NCBI GenBank assembly: GCA_973895155.1
Contig: OZ316894.1
Span: 14,771,680-14,835,679 of the forward strand
DNA: 64,000 nt
Direction of reading: 5' to 3'
From: Marsupella aquatica
Taxonomy: Eukaryota; Plantae; Marchantiophyta
The notes below the pieces were generated by a model. It had not been told where the DNA came from and made no database searches. It saw only the letters and a list, made by a program, of their open reading frames with translations. This document shows positions 38,460 to 50,540 of the stretch, in pieces (the first letter of the stretch is position 1; the number at the start of each line of letters is the position of its first letter). Both the position numbers and the translations under genes were made by a program.

Positions 38460-39600
38460 GATGTGTTTATTGCTGCACATAGACCAAATAGAGACCACCC
38501 TTTCTATTGCAAATGTAGCCTACATGAGTCATGGTCACCCCTATACAACCTCCTTCCAGACTAATGTTGATTAAGGGGTCCCTTCTCCAGACCAGTAGTA
38601 CTCCTCGTCCACTTTCCTCTTGTTGTACGAAGCACGCCTCTGAAGGGCATTCCAATTCTTTTGGACAACAGCTTCACCGGCCTATAGCCTTTGAGCCTCC
38701 ACCTTGGCTGCACAACTTTCCTTGTAATCAAACATAGCAATCTAAAGTTTAGTGGGTGAAAACTCACATTTAGACAAGGTGGGAGGGCAGGCCTCACCAT
38801 CATCATCCTCGAGCAAATCTTCCAGACCATGATCATTGCTTGGACGCAACAAGAACTCTCCTGAGTCCAAGTGGTGGACCTGGCCACCCAGCGCCCTCAC
38901 CAATCCCAACACCCATGCCTAAGTGCCCCTGGTGCTTGAACGCCTCCACAGAATACCTCAAGCAAGCAACTTGATGCCCCTTGCACCTCCTGCAGCCCCT
39001 CCCATACAAAGCCATACTTGCTCTCTAACACGACCGCTACTCAACGGTCCTCACTGTTTGCACAAGCAACCAAGCGTCTTGGTAAGTAAATCCTCAGGAT
39101 CTAGATCTCCCAAGTCTAGCATCCTAACTCAAACTCAACAAACATTGATAAGTAGGTCAACGATAGGTCCTCCCGATGCCATAAGTCGGAACCAGAATCG
39201 ACACCCATTGTTCATCCTGAACAGCTCCTTCCTTAGGGGCGGCCCGGGTCCCCTCGTACCTATCCATCACCAACTGACCGCCCTGCCCCCAGAGCATGCT
39301 CATGGCCCAAATAGCGTAGCTTGTCCTAAGGCTTGTCCCAACACGTCGGGACCAAAATGACCCCGACTCTAGCAACCAACTCCCGGTTCTCACCCCACTG
39401 ATGGTCTAGGGGCCAAGTGCCCTTGGAACTCAACCTCCATGCCTACTTGGCCTTGCCTCCCCAATGTAAGCTCCCTTGAGAGACTGAACGCGACTTAGCT
39501 ATTGTTTTGGCAAGAAATGGCAAGCAGGCGAGATAGCACCCGCAAACCTCAAAAAAATTTGGCTCCCCCAAACCCAGCTGAGCTCAAGAGAATGTAGCGC
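38460..39600 (-). mobile_element. Inverted LTR fragment of the same chromovirus family as 27309-28655
   Basis: 38875-39590 is the reverse complement of about 28050-28655 with scattered substitutions and an indel. The left boundary is uncertain. Confidence 0.75.
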
Positions 39601-41830
39601 TTCACATCAGGACAAGCTCCCCACAAAGAATTGTGATTTGCATTCACTGATTTCACCTTCCATTGGATGTCTCGATCCACCTTCCTTGGTTGTAGAGTTC
39701 CCTTAACATTAGATTCACCTATGATCCTGAATCAATAAGTGCCTTGATAGGACCTTTGACTCCAATCAGCTCCACCTCAACTTCATCACAAGCTCTTGCC
39801 CAATATGACTCCATTTCTTTTATAGATTTAGCATGATAGGAATCTACCTCAACTTTGTTGTCTTCACCTTGTACTGCACAAATGCTCATGCTTTTAGTTT
39901 CTCCTTCATTGTCTGAATCCTCCATCTCCCCAGCTAGAGCATGAGAACCCTCTTTGTAAAAACGTTTCTTCTTTGATCTTGTAAGAATTGCTTCTTGTAT
40001 GTCTTTCCTCAAACTTCCAAAGAACTCCTCATTTGTAAAACCACGGGCTTCTTGCTTCCAAAACTTATCAACAATTCTCTCTGGTTCAATTGTTTGTTCC
40101 ACATCACGGCCTAGTATCCACCCAGGTCCCTTTTTGGTTGACTTCTCATTCTTCTTCTCTTCCTCCATTGGTGAATCTGAAGTTTCTCTTCTTGGCATCT
40201 TTCTTCTTGGCTCATCACTTGAAGGAGTTTTGCGCTTGTCCTCCACTCTTGCTTCCCATGTAACTCCAACTTCTGCAGTAATTGGGGCTAGCTATTAACA
40301 CAGGAGCATCCCATCCAGTTTGTTGACAAATGTAGTCAACAAGCTTTTTCTTTCCTATCTCATCAAGTACCTTTTCTGAAAAACAACTTGTTGCAGCAAA
40401 AACGTTAGGCTCGATTACAGTTGCTGCTGTGTCTACTCCTTCTGTTGCCAACTTTTTCTCCACTAAGGCTCTCATCCCTCCACAATTATTGTTGAGTGGT
40501 ATAAGCTCCTTAGTGTTGTAGTATGCAAGCTTCTTTTGCCCTTGTTCACCAACAAACTTCACAAGTTGATTTTGAAAGTGCTGCAGAAAGTTCAGTGCAA
40601 TCATTTATTCTATGCTCCTTGCTGTCACACCAGGGTATAGCGACGGAGACAGGAAATAGGTAAACAGGAAAATTTTTTCCTGGTTTTAATATGCTGTTAC
40701 CAGGAAAAAATCATTGTTACCATAAAAAATGTCAATTTAAAAATGTCTCCTAAAACATGTTATTTCCCAAAAAAATTAACAATGCAACATTTTTGGCTAG
40801 CTTTGGGCGCTACTATTAGCAGCACCGGGCGCTGGCAAAAAAAACTGGTCGACCAAAAAAAAAAATTCAAAAAAAATTTCCACCCATTTTCCTGTTACCA
40901 GATTTTTTTCCTATTACCAGTTTCTATTATTAAATCCTTAAATCCTGTTTCCTGTTTGCTGTCTTTTGTAAACACTTCTCACACCACATGCAATTCCATG
41001 TGCAATTTATTGTTGTTGTAGTCTTGGTTGCTTGTGTCTGGTTTAGAACTTGGGTTGTAAGAATGGTCAAGTTCCTCATCAAATCAGCAAGCTCTTCAAC
41101 TGCTCCTCCTTTGCCTTCTTGTGCTATGGACTTGATCTCCTTCTTCTCACCCCCACTAGTAGTATTATCCATCCTTGTAGTTGATGTCTTGGTTTGACTT
41201 GGAACTCCACTGATAGCCTCTTGATCCAAGTCTCTTCTTCTATGTCGATGACTTACTTTCATCACTACCTTCTCAATGTTCTCCCAATTTGTAGAAGAGT
41301 CAGTACGATTTGGATCAATTAGATCTAAAGCATTCTCCAACTCATCCCTTAGCTTCTCATCTGCAACTCTAAAAAATAGAGTACACCTCTGCATCCGGAT
41401 GACTTGTGCCTCTGAATCTGGAAGTTGATTGAACTTCTTGTTGAACTCTCGCAATAGTTCTTGTGGCCCCAACTTCTTGTTCCTCTCATGGACCCAATCA
41501 CAAAATATCACTTGTGTAATTCAATCAGCATCCTCCAATTGGAATTCCTCCTTCATGCATTTCTCAAAACACGTCCATGTCTTGTCTTTTGATGCCTCAA
41601 GAACTATAGCATCAATGATCCCTTTTAATTCTGGCTCCACCAATGTTGAAAATTGACGAATTGCAACCTCTTCTGAAAGTTGCTCAATAGCCTCTTGCCA
41701 ATAGGTCTTCATGTAATGAGTTACATTACGACCATCAAATTGCCCATTCTTCTCAAGAACCCTCCTCAAGCACCTTGTTGCACAATGTGCTTGCTCTCTC
41801 TTTTGATTTTCTGCTGTATTGGTTTGTTTT
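39600..41830 (-). pseudogene. gag: Ty3/gypsy gag and aspartic protease remnant (different family)
   Basis: VLEKNGQFDGRNVTHY (gag N-terminus), zinc knuckle CMWCDSKEHRINDC (split by a MITE) and protease motif ALIDSGS. Confidence 0.85.
40633..40978. mobile_element. MITE family copy 2, inserted in the gag zinc knuckle
   Basis: Flanked by duplicated TCACACCA (40625-40632 and 40979-40986). Removing the insert restores CMWCDS. Shares internal motifs with 6605-7168. Confidence 0.8.
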
Positions 41831-41891
41831 ATACTCTGCATCAAAGTCAACAACATTCTAGAATGGTATCCATGTCCATAGTGTTGGGGGA

Positions 41892-43802
41892 TGTAAGTAG
41901 TGGATAATTCCAAAAGCATGAAGAAACTGAAAATTTTAAATTTTTTACGGTGTTTAGACTGCAATTGTTGCTAACTGTAACTGTAAACAACATTGAAAGT
42001 TAAGAGTTCCTAAGTTATGGGTAAACTCAGTTTACTAGTTCACTACTTTACAAGTTTATGAGTTAGGACTTAAGAGTTTACGAGTTATGCTTTACGATTT
42101 GACGACCCTATGATCGTGACATCTTACGGCTAGTTCAACGGGACTCCACGACAGAAGAAGAGCACGCCTTGAAAGGGAAGGAATGCAAGACATAAGCGCT
42201 CATTACTAACTTGTCTTCCACCTTACCTCTCAGACTCTTGCTGAATTCAACCGGCACTTTAAGGATGTTACTTGGAGACTTCATCCATTCTATTCAAGAA
42301 TGATGAGGACAGAAGATTTCCTGTCTCACTATCCTCAAGTATACGCTGCTACCTGCAATCACTATGATGTGATTGGAATTTACCGAGAGGCACTTCGTAT
42401 AGATTCATGTTACTTAATGAAGAGAATGCCTTTGATGTATCCTGAGAGACAACTGAGATGTCTACCCTATTCTTGAGGATCACCACGTCAAGCAGAACTT
42501 ATGGAGGTCACTCAAGCTTGGACTGTTACCCTTGTGGAACTTCTCGAACCAGATGATATCCGACAACAAGCTTGAAGGAGAGTCTAAGTGCTTTTAGTTA
42601 GTCTTTTAAGAATAGTGCATCTTTTCCTATTTTTATAAATGTGTTATAGAGCTTTAAAAGCTATGAAACTTATTAAGTGTATAGTCTGTATCTAGGAGAA
42701 CCCACTGGCAAAATTTCAGAGTTTTCTAAGCCAAGAGTAGAAAGTTAGGAATAGTTGAAATTGTTAAGTTTTTAAGTGTATCGCAATTATAGGTTTACAA
42801 GTTACGGATTATGGCTTACGCTTTTATGTTTTTACGAGTTTATGGTTTTACGCTTTAGATATTTTTACGAGTTTACGAGTTTACGATTTACACTTAGCCA
42901 ATTTTCCGGCTTTTCACTTATTGAATCGTCATTTTAACATTTTGAGGAGTATGAAGAGGCATGTCTCTTCCACCCTATGACCTCTCACTCTGTAGATTTT
43001 TACTATAAGACCCCCTCCATCACTAGTGTAGTTGATGGTTAAGTTATGCATTTTTGCCTCTTCTTTGTGTTAAACTAGTTGATCATGAATCTATGAGTTC
43101 GAGATCAGGTTTAACGTTTGGAGAGACTTGCCTCCTTCTTGTGTTTTTACCTCTGATTATAAACACAGGAAGTAAAATTCCTTTTGTGCAAATATTTTGA
43201 GTTGTAATGACAGATTCCTTGTTGGTGACTCATTGCAATCTCTTGAGTTCTTAAAGTTAACTCATTGAGTTTAAGTCTTATTGAAATTGATGGATTTTCT
43301 TTCATGTTACTTAGTACCATCTAAATGTTGAAGTAGTCACTCTTTTAAATCTTGTCTGAGTACCACTTAGAAAGAAAAGACAAGACGTGTTGACGGCACT
43401 TTAAAAGGGTAATCTAGTAAACATTTTAGATCTGAAAAACAATATGGATTTGAATCCTTAAGTCTTTTCATTTTGACTTATGTTTAAGGAGCAAGCTTGG
43501 TCAATTCCAAACTCCCTTAGCATACTTTAAGATATTTTTGGTGTATTTTGTTAATCATTTTCCTTTTCATTAATTTATGGTTACATGATGCTGAGATATC
43601 ATTGAAAACTTCTCACCGTTGTGGAGCGATCTTCAAAATACCTTAGTAAAGTAATCAAACTTGATTACTATGTATGGAAAACATCTTAAGTCTATTATTG
43701 TTGTTTAAATCTATCAAACCAACCCCATCTTGTTCTTTACGGGAACAAATACCGAGTTTGAAGACCTTTAAGTGTGTTTTTGGTTCTTCATAGCAAACTA
43801 CA
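41892..43802 (+). mobile_element. Solo LTR (1911 bp) with a decayed internal reading frame
   Basis: TGTAAG...AACTACA ends and TSD GGGGA (41887-41891 and 43803-43807). TATA-like CTATAAG near 43003. A coding-like frame at about 42110-42587 is flanked by TTTACGAG repeats. Confidence 0.85.
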
Positions 43803-45400
43803 GGGGACATACTTGAGTCTCCTATGTCAGTACTGTTAGGCAGCGCTATATACCAACTTGTTTACTCTCTCACAATGAATAGGTGTCCACCACCTAGGTG
43901 TCCCTAGACCAATTGTCTAGTAAAGCAAGTTAGCTTCTTCTAGTAATGCAATACTTCCTTTTTTCTTCCAAAAATAGGCCCCAAGAGTTCCCCAGTATGG
44001 TCGCCACTTATGTCGGGGGAATCTTTAGTTCTTGGGAAGCATCAAGCTCTTGTTTTTCCTATCTTGGAAGAAACTTTTCCAAAGTACGTCTTTTCTCACC
44101 TCACATTACCCTTGCGATCCCATTTGTCAATCAATTTTCCTCACCATTATCCTCTAAAATATCTCTCACAGCCTAGCTTTGTCCCATTCTACGATGAGCG
44201 GCTTCCTCACACTAAGCCTCGAATCGGCCTATCCTCTTTCCACATAACTTACTTCTCAAGTCAAGTCATGGATTGCAATTTCCAATGAATCCTACAATTA
44301 GATAAGTCAATTATAGAAAACAAAAATTATGATCTTAAGATTTACCATAGATGATATAATCACAGGCTCTGGCATCCTAAACATAATATTGTATCTTTCA
44401 TCTCCATACTTTCTAACTAAAATATCTTTACAATCAATCTTCTTACGACATACCACTCTAATGTCAATAGATGAAGGAAAATCAGACACATTATTAGGAA
44501 GCCTATTCAAATCTAATTCCGGTACATTTACGGGTTGTCTATTAAAATCCATCTAAAATAAAATAAAAATAGTTACATTCCATTCATTTCCATAAACAAC
44601 AATCGGGTATACAAATGGTGCATTGCTATTCATAACTGTTTCCATTAACTCAAACCCAAAATGATAAAGAAGATGCATTCTCATGGTATGCTTGCTAAGA
44701 CAATGAATTCTAATTAAGAGAGGATTGACAAATGGCACAACAGATGGGGGATAAACTTTAGGTACTCCATTTATCATATTATTAATTACAAACACACTAA
44801 ATTGATCTCAAGACTAATAAACATAAAACATAAAATAGTTCTAAGGCCAACAATCAAGTTTGTACCCAAGCATGGATGTAAATAATAAACAAAATATGTG
44901 CACAAGAGGGGAAGAGTTCCTTATAGTGTTGCGAGTCCAACATGATAGATCAAACAATGCAAATGAGGAGAGTGTGCTTCTCTTCACTTTATTTATAGTG
45001 TCCCTTTGTGCTTTCCAAGAGGGCATGGATCGATGCCTTGACCCTTGGATTGAAGCCAAGTGGCAAGCATCAAGCACCTATAAGTGTGCTAATACTATTC
45101 ATAGTTGGTGGAACTACTGTGCGTAGTTGGTGAAATTATTACGCGTAACTGGTGAAACTACTATGCGTAATTGGTGCAACTACTATGCGTAGTTTATGAA
45201 ATTACTATGCGTAGTTTATGAAATTACTATGCGTAGTTGGTGAAACTACTGTGTATCATTGTAGAATGTACACACTACATATAGAATGTAATATATATGC
45301 TCTAATAGTACTACTATGAAGCTTTAAAGTAAAACCATTTTCACATAAACTCAAATAACACAATATGGATTCTAGCCTTCTAAAGGGAATGCCCACGACA
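43803..45400 (-). mobile_element. 5' part of an LTR (element D) with enhancer-like repeats, TATA box and decayed reading frame
   Basis: Minus-strand start TGTCGTGGGC at 45400 abuts the chromovirus pol fragment. TATAAATA at 44997-44990. ORF pieces 44795-44307 continue degenerately to 43808 and beyond the solo LTR. Confidence 0.6.
45102..45253. repeat. 22-bp tandem repeat (TAGTTGGTGAAACTACTATGCG), about 7 copies
   Basis: Directly visible head-to-tail units upstream of the element D TATA box. Confidence 0.9.
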
Positions 45401-45403
45401 CCG

Positions 45404-46709
45404 TCCGCCAAGCTTCCGGATTTATGAACTAGGAGGGCGCCCTTGGCGTCCTCCCTGTGGCTAACACAAACGGCGCAAACCCCATTGGTGAATGCTTGGT
45501 CAAGTTATACCTAAACTCGGCCATTGTTAAGTGCTTTGCCCAATCCTTTTAATTGGCCATTACAAAATGATGCAAGTAGCCCTCCACAATACCATTCATC
45601 CATTATGTTTGGCCATCTGTCTCATGATGATACGCTGCTCCTCTAGTAAGGTCTATTCCGGATAATCGGAACAACGCCTTCCAAAAGTGGCCCATGAACT
45701 TGGTATTGCAATCGGACAGGATATGCAACGGCAATCCCCATTGTTGGAAGCCCATTGTTGGAAGACCAAACACTAGACCGACAACCTCTCGGGCCAAAAC
45801 CATTTTTGTAGTCAGCAAGAAATACGTCATCTTGGAAAAACAATCCACGATTGTTAAGATGGAGTTATTGTCGTGGGACTTAGGTAACCTCACAATGAAG
45901 TCCATGGAGATGGACTCCCATGGAGCCGCAACTACTAGTAAGGGTTGCAAAAGTCCTCCTTTTGCCCTATAGACCATTTGGTTCTTTTGGCACGAGTAAC
46001 AACTTTGCACGTGGCAAAGAACCAATTGCTTCATGTCCCGCCAATACACATCTTGCGACATGTTGCGGTACATAGCAGCTTGTCCGCCATGACCTCCCTA
46101 GGGCAAGTCATGGTAATTTTGCAAAACTTCCAGCCTTAGAGACTCTGGGATGTACACACGCCTCTGCTTGTATCGCCATAACTAGACATTATGCATATCC
46201 AACCCCAATGAAACGTGCCTTACTTTGCCTTGGCTACCCCCATTGCTTTGCCATTCCTTGGCTATATAAACTGTCATCCCCATACGCCTCGGCCAGGACC
46301 TTTGGCCACTTGGATTCAAGCATCGTGATCCCATTGATACAATGATGGTCCCTACGCGATAACGCGTCAACTACCGTGTTTGTCTTCCCAGCAACGTGGC
46401 GGACTTTGAAATCAAAATCTCTCAAGAACATCTGCCAACGCATTTCCTTGGGGTTCAACATTGGCTTAGAACTGAAGTACCCTGCTGGTGAGCTATCTGT
46501 GTGTATTACCACTTTGGGACCGCTCTTAAGGTAAATCTCCCACTTCTTCAACGCATAGATCACCGCATACATTTCTTTTCCGGGGTGATCCAATGATTTT
46601 CTAACTTACATGACTTAAAGGCCACAGGACGCCCATCTTGTTGTAGACAGGCACCAATGGCGTAATCATGTCTTGCGTCTGTCCAAATCTTGAATGGCTT
46701 CCCATCTCA
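45404..46709 (-). pseudogene. pol: Second chromovirus pol fragment (RNase H and integrase), inverted homolog of 25086-26383
   Basis: KEMYAVIYALKKWEIYLK, QDVYWRDMKQLV, PWESISMDFI and HHETDGQT; collinear with the plus-strand copy. Confidence 0.9.
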
Positions 46710-47286
46710 CTGCCCAACATTCATTCATGACATGGAAACAATCTCTTTCTTGTGTGCTAACTTGCATATGAAACTCATGCCCAATGATTCCAAACAATTG
46801 GCAGTCGGCTTCTTCCCACACTTGATAGACAACAATATTGATTTGCACAAAGAAATTTTACATATATTGACCTGAAACTACTTGTTGACAAAAATGATTC
46901 ACTCAATTTTACATCGCCAGCCCTATATTCTGGGGTTCTCTACAGGTTCAGTCTAACTCTGCAAGCACTGGGCCCTAAGGCACACAACTTTCCATCTTCT
47001 AATGGGATATCGCATCCCTTGTAAACTAAGTCGCTACCATACATGCCCCAAATCACTGCAATCGTTACTCCAACCAAGCAAATGACTCCAAACTGATCCA
47101 TCTCTATAAAATTGCTGCTTGACCAAAACTGAACCTTGACTAAATAAAATGAAACTCTGGTCATGTTTTTAGGGTTTTAAATAGTAATTGCCCTAATGAC
47201 TCGACCTCTACTTAACTGTAACTTGATAATTAACCTCAAAATTTCACTAATCTAATTTGCTAAAATCCTGCCATTTCATTGCTCCT

Positions 47287-50200
47287 TTACTTATCTTTGG
47301 GACTCGTCCCCGATGTCCCATCAATTTCCATCTCATCTCCGACTATATCATCTGGAATCTGTTGAGATGCTGCTTCTTTGATTGTCATAGATTCCTCCAG
47401 ATTTTCTTCCTGATGTGGCTGTTCTACTGGGGTTTCCATTGTCTCCTTGACTGCTTCCTTCATAGCTTCTATGACTTGCTCCTAATAACCTCAATTGTAT
47501 CTGTAAGGAATTGCTTCTTTGGTTCTTTCCCTGTGGCTTGCTTTATGATTGCCTTGAGCTGTTTCTCCCTGTAATTTAGTACCATAGTTTTTAAATCCCT
47601 TATCCGCTCCTCCATTAGTTCTTGCTTGGTCTCCAAATCTTCATTGTCCTTTAGCACCTCATTCAACTCTTGTAACTGTTCCCCATTATTTGCTTGTAGC
47701 CTCTGAATGTTTGCTTCCCACGTTTCTTTCTCCTGAGATAACGTTGTTTCTCTGGCTACCATCTTTTCAAATTTATCCTGCTTGTGGTTCAACTTCTTTT
47801 TAGCCTCATCACTCTGTTGTTGTAATTCTCTCAGTTGATCTTGATTGGTCTCCAGTTTCCTTTCCAGTGTAGCTTGTGCCACCCGCAATTCCTCATTAAT
47901 TTGCTTTTTCAGCTTTGCTCTTGTCCACTGTCACTATCTGTACTTGCATCTCAAGCTCATTCATCCTCTGCTTCACAGTTTCCCACATCTGTAACACTGC
48001 TGCCAAAGTACTTACTTTGAGTGTTGATGTTCTTGTTGTCTTAGCTAACTCTCTCACTAATTCCTCAATTTGTTGTTGCTGTTCTGACTGATCTGCTGCT
48101 TGTTGTTGTTTTTCAGATCTGTTTCTTGGCTTGCAATTTTCAATTTGGCTTCCCTGAGTTGTCCTTTCAACCCCCAAATCTGTCTTCTTATTGCCATCTC
48201 TTGTTTTGATAGATCGCTCTTATGGTACTTCATGATGGGTCCAAGAAGTTCATTCAAAAGTATAATTTGATCCACACCTCTCTTCTTAGAAATTGACACG
48301 GTTTCTGAAATACCTTTGCAGCTTTTGACTATGACCGTTGTCTCTCAAATTGTTGCCTTGGTTGGCTTTGGTGTTGACTCTTCTTTCTCCTTTCCTTTGT
48401 TGGATGCACACTCCTTCTTGATGATGAGTCTGGTCAATCATTTCTTGACCTCTTCTTGACTTAAATTTGTATCCATTTTCTGATCAGTCTCCGGTGAAGT
48501 CGGTGTGGCTCTGGTCATGATCCCTGTGAAAGCCTTTTGGTGACTTTCCTCTCTGTGCTTGTTCTTCTGTATTGGTTCTTGAATCTTGTCTGGCTCTCCT
48601 TGATCTGCAGTGTTCCATTCATTGGTTTTGCCCTCTGGATTCTCTTCTTCCTCTAGTTCCAATGAGCCAATCTCCTGCTCGACGTTCATCTGGTAATCCG
48701 TTCTTGAGATTTAGTTCTTTGGCTCTAAATCTCAGTCTCTATTAAGCTTCTCTTGCCCCGCCTGGTCTTGTAGCAATCTTTATTATTCCCTTCATTATCC
48801 CCTCCAACTTCCCTGGTGGCATGTTGAGCCGTTGTATTTGAGTCTTCAAGTTTGACCGGCTCCTTCTCGGTTCTTGATTTCTTCAATGTCTTCTTCCCTC
48901 TTAACCAATAGCGTTTTGATGGCTCAAGGGTCTTCTTGATTTTCTCCTAAGCATTCAAATAGTAGTGTACTAGCAATCGTATATGTGTTCCCACCTCCAA
49001 TGTAATGTTGTCTTCTGAACTTTGCAGATGCTCTTTGGCCCTCACCAAAGCTTTTCGTAAACTTTCATAAAACAATGCACTCTAGTTCTTCCAACCATCC
49101 TTGCAGTCCTCCACTAGTTTGATAATGTACCTGGAACATTCATTTCTTGGTTTCTTCCACATCATGGCATGACTGATAAATTTTGCCCTCTACTTGACGA
49201 CACTCTAGGTACATTGACTCATCATGAATCCGGATCCCTCTGGCTTACGGAAGCCCTCATTAAAGTGCTTTGATTTGTAGGTAGCTGCAACTCTTTGAGT
49301 GATTTTTTCCCCCTTTCATTGTCTAATCCAAAGGCGTCCATTATTGTCTTGTAACTCGTACTCACCATCTTATTCAGAAACCTTCCTTCGTTCTTCTGTT
49401 CATTCCAGCTCAAAATGAAGTCTTCCAGGTCACCATCCTTATACCGAGTGATCTCCCAGCCCAAGTTTATGAACTCTGTTAAACATTGTGTCTTGACGAA
49501 CTCTTGATGTGCTTTCGATTGGATATACCCGACAATTTTGAGGGACATCTTCTCTAGTCGTGATTCCTCCTCTAATAGTGCTTCCTCTTCTTCTCCATCA
49601 TTGATACAATCGTTGATAGGGTCATGTCTTTGTTTCCTCTTTTCCTCCATGTTTCCTTTGGATGTCATACTCGCTTTTTCCTCCTCACCAGTTATTGAAA
49701 TCGAATCAACTACTTGCTGCTCTGATTGCTATTTGCGCTTTGGTCTTTTCTGGTTCCTTCGTCTTGATTTACTTGCATTGCTGGTTTCTCTGGCACGCAC
49801 ATCGCATTGACTAGGATGCCCTGTCTTCTAATTGTTTCTTCTTGTCTCTTCCAGTTGGTTAACCCTAATCCGTTACTTAGTTTGTCGAAATCTTGTTCTT
49901 CTAGTTCCTTCCAAGACTGGTTGTGGTGTATCCCTTGACCAGATTTAATATGTATACCTGAGTATATTTTACTTAGCTCTAAAAGGTTGGTTGGTTCCCA
50001 CTTATCTTTGTCTCTCTCATTTGTTTCAATACCCATTAACACCCCTAACTCTCTGGTATTTTCATTACGGACACATGGAATTACTGATCTAAGTCTGGGA
50101 ATTATATTTTCTATGAAAATGGTTCTCTCCCCTATCCAATATCCTATTATCATTAAATTCTCAGGATATCTCCCATTTTTCTTAATGTTTGCCCCTTTCA

Positions 50201-50300
50201 AGATTTCCTTGGAGTACAATTCAGCAATATCTACTTTACTAACGTGTAATAAAAATGAAGAAAAAGGAATGTCTGCCCTGTCTATATTTATGCACCCTAT
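47287..50300 (-). pseudogene. Gene C (about 1000 codons), third homolog of the LTR-internal gene family; element ends not recovered
   Basis: Minus-strand ORF pieces 50306-49710, 49668-49222, 48689-48438 and 48299-47469. The conserved domain at about 49535-48960 aligns with genes A and B. C-terminal coiled coil present. Confidence 0.7.
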
Positions 50301-50540
50301 TGACAAAAAACAGATAACCTGTTACCAGGAAATACTTTGCTGTTGGAAAGATCTTGAAGAGGCGGTCCGGATGAGCTTAGCATTGTCACCATTCGGTAAG
50401 AATTGAGGTGTATGGCAACCATGACAGAAAACAGAAAACAGATAACCTGTTACCAGGAAATCCTTTATTGTTAACAACCAAAATTTACCTATTACCAGTA
50501 AAACTTTCCCTGTTACCAGTTTAGCATAAACCATAACCCC
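50301..50540. mobile_element. MITE family copy 3 (short copy 50407-50540 plus an adjacent fragment)
   Basis: ACAGATAACCTGTTACCAGGAAAT occurs twice. 50407-50540 is flanked by TTGA/TTGA and has GGTGTATGG...CCATAACCCC ends. Confidence 0.5.

Noticed and set aside
41881-41891. GGGGGA as a PPT before the LTR at 41892 and GGGGAC as a PBS after it
   Set aside because: GGGGA on both sides is more simply the 5-bp TSD of a solo LTR.
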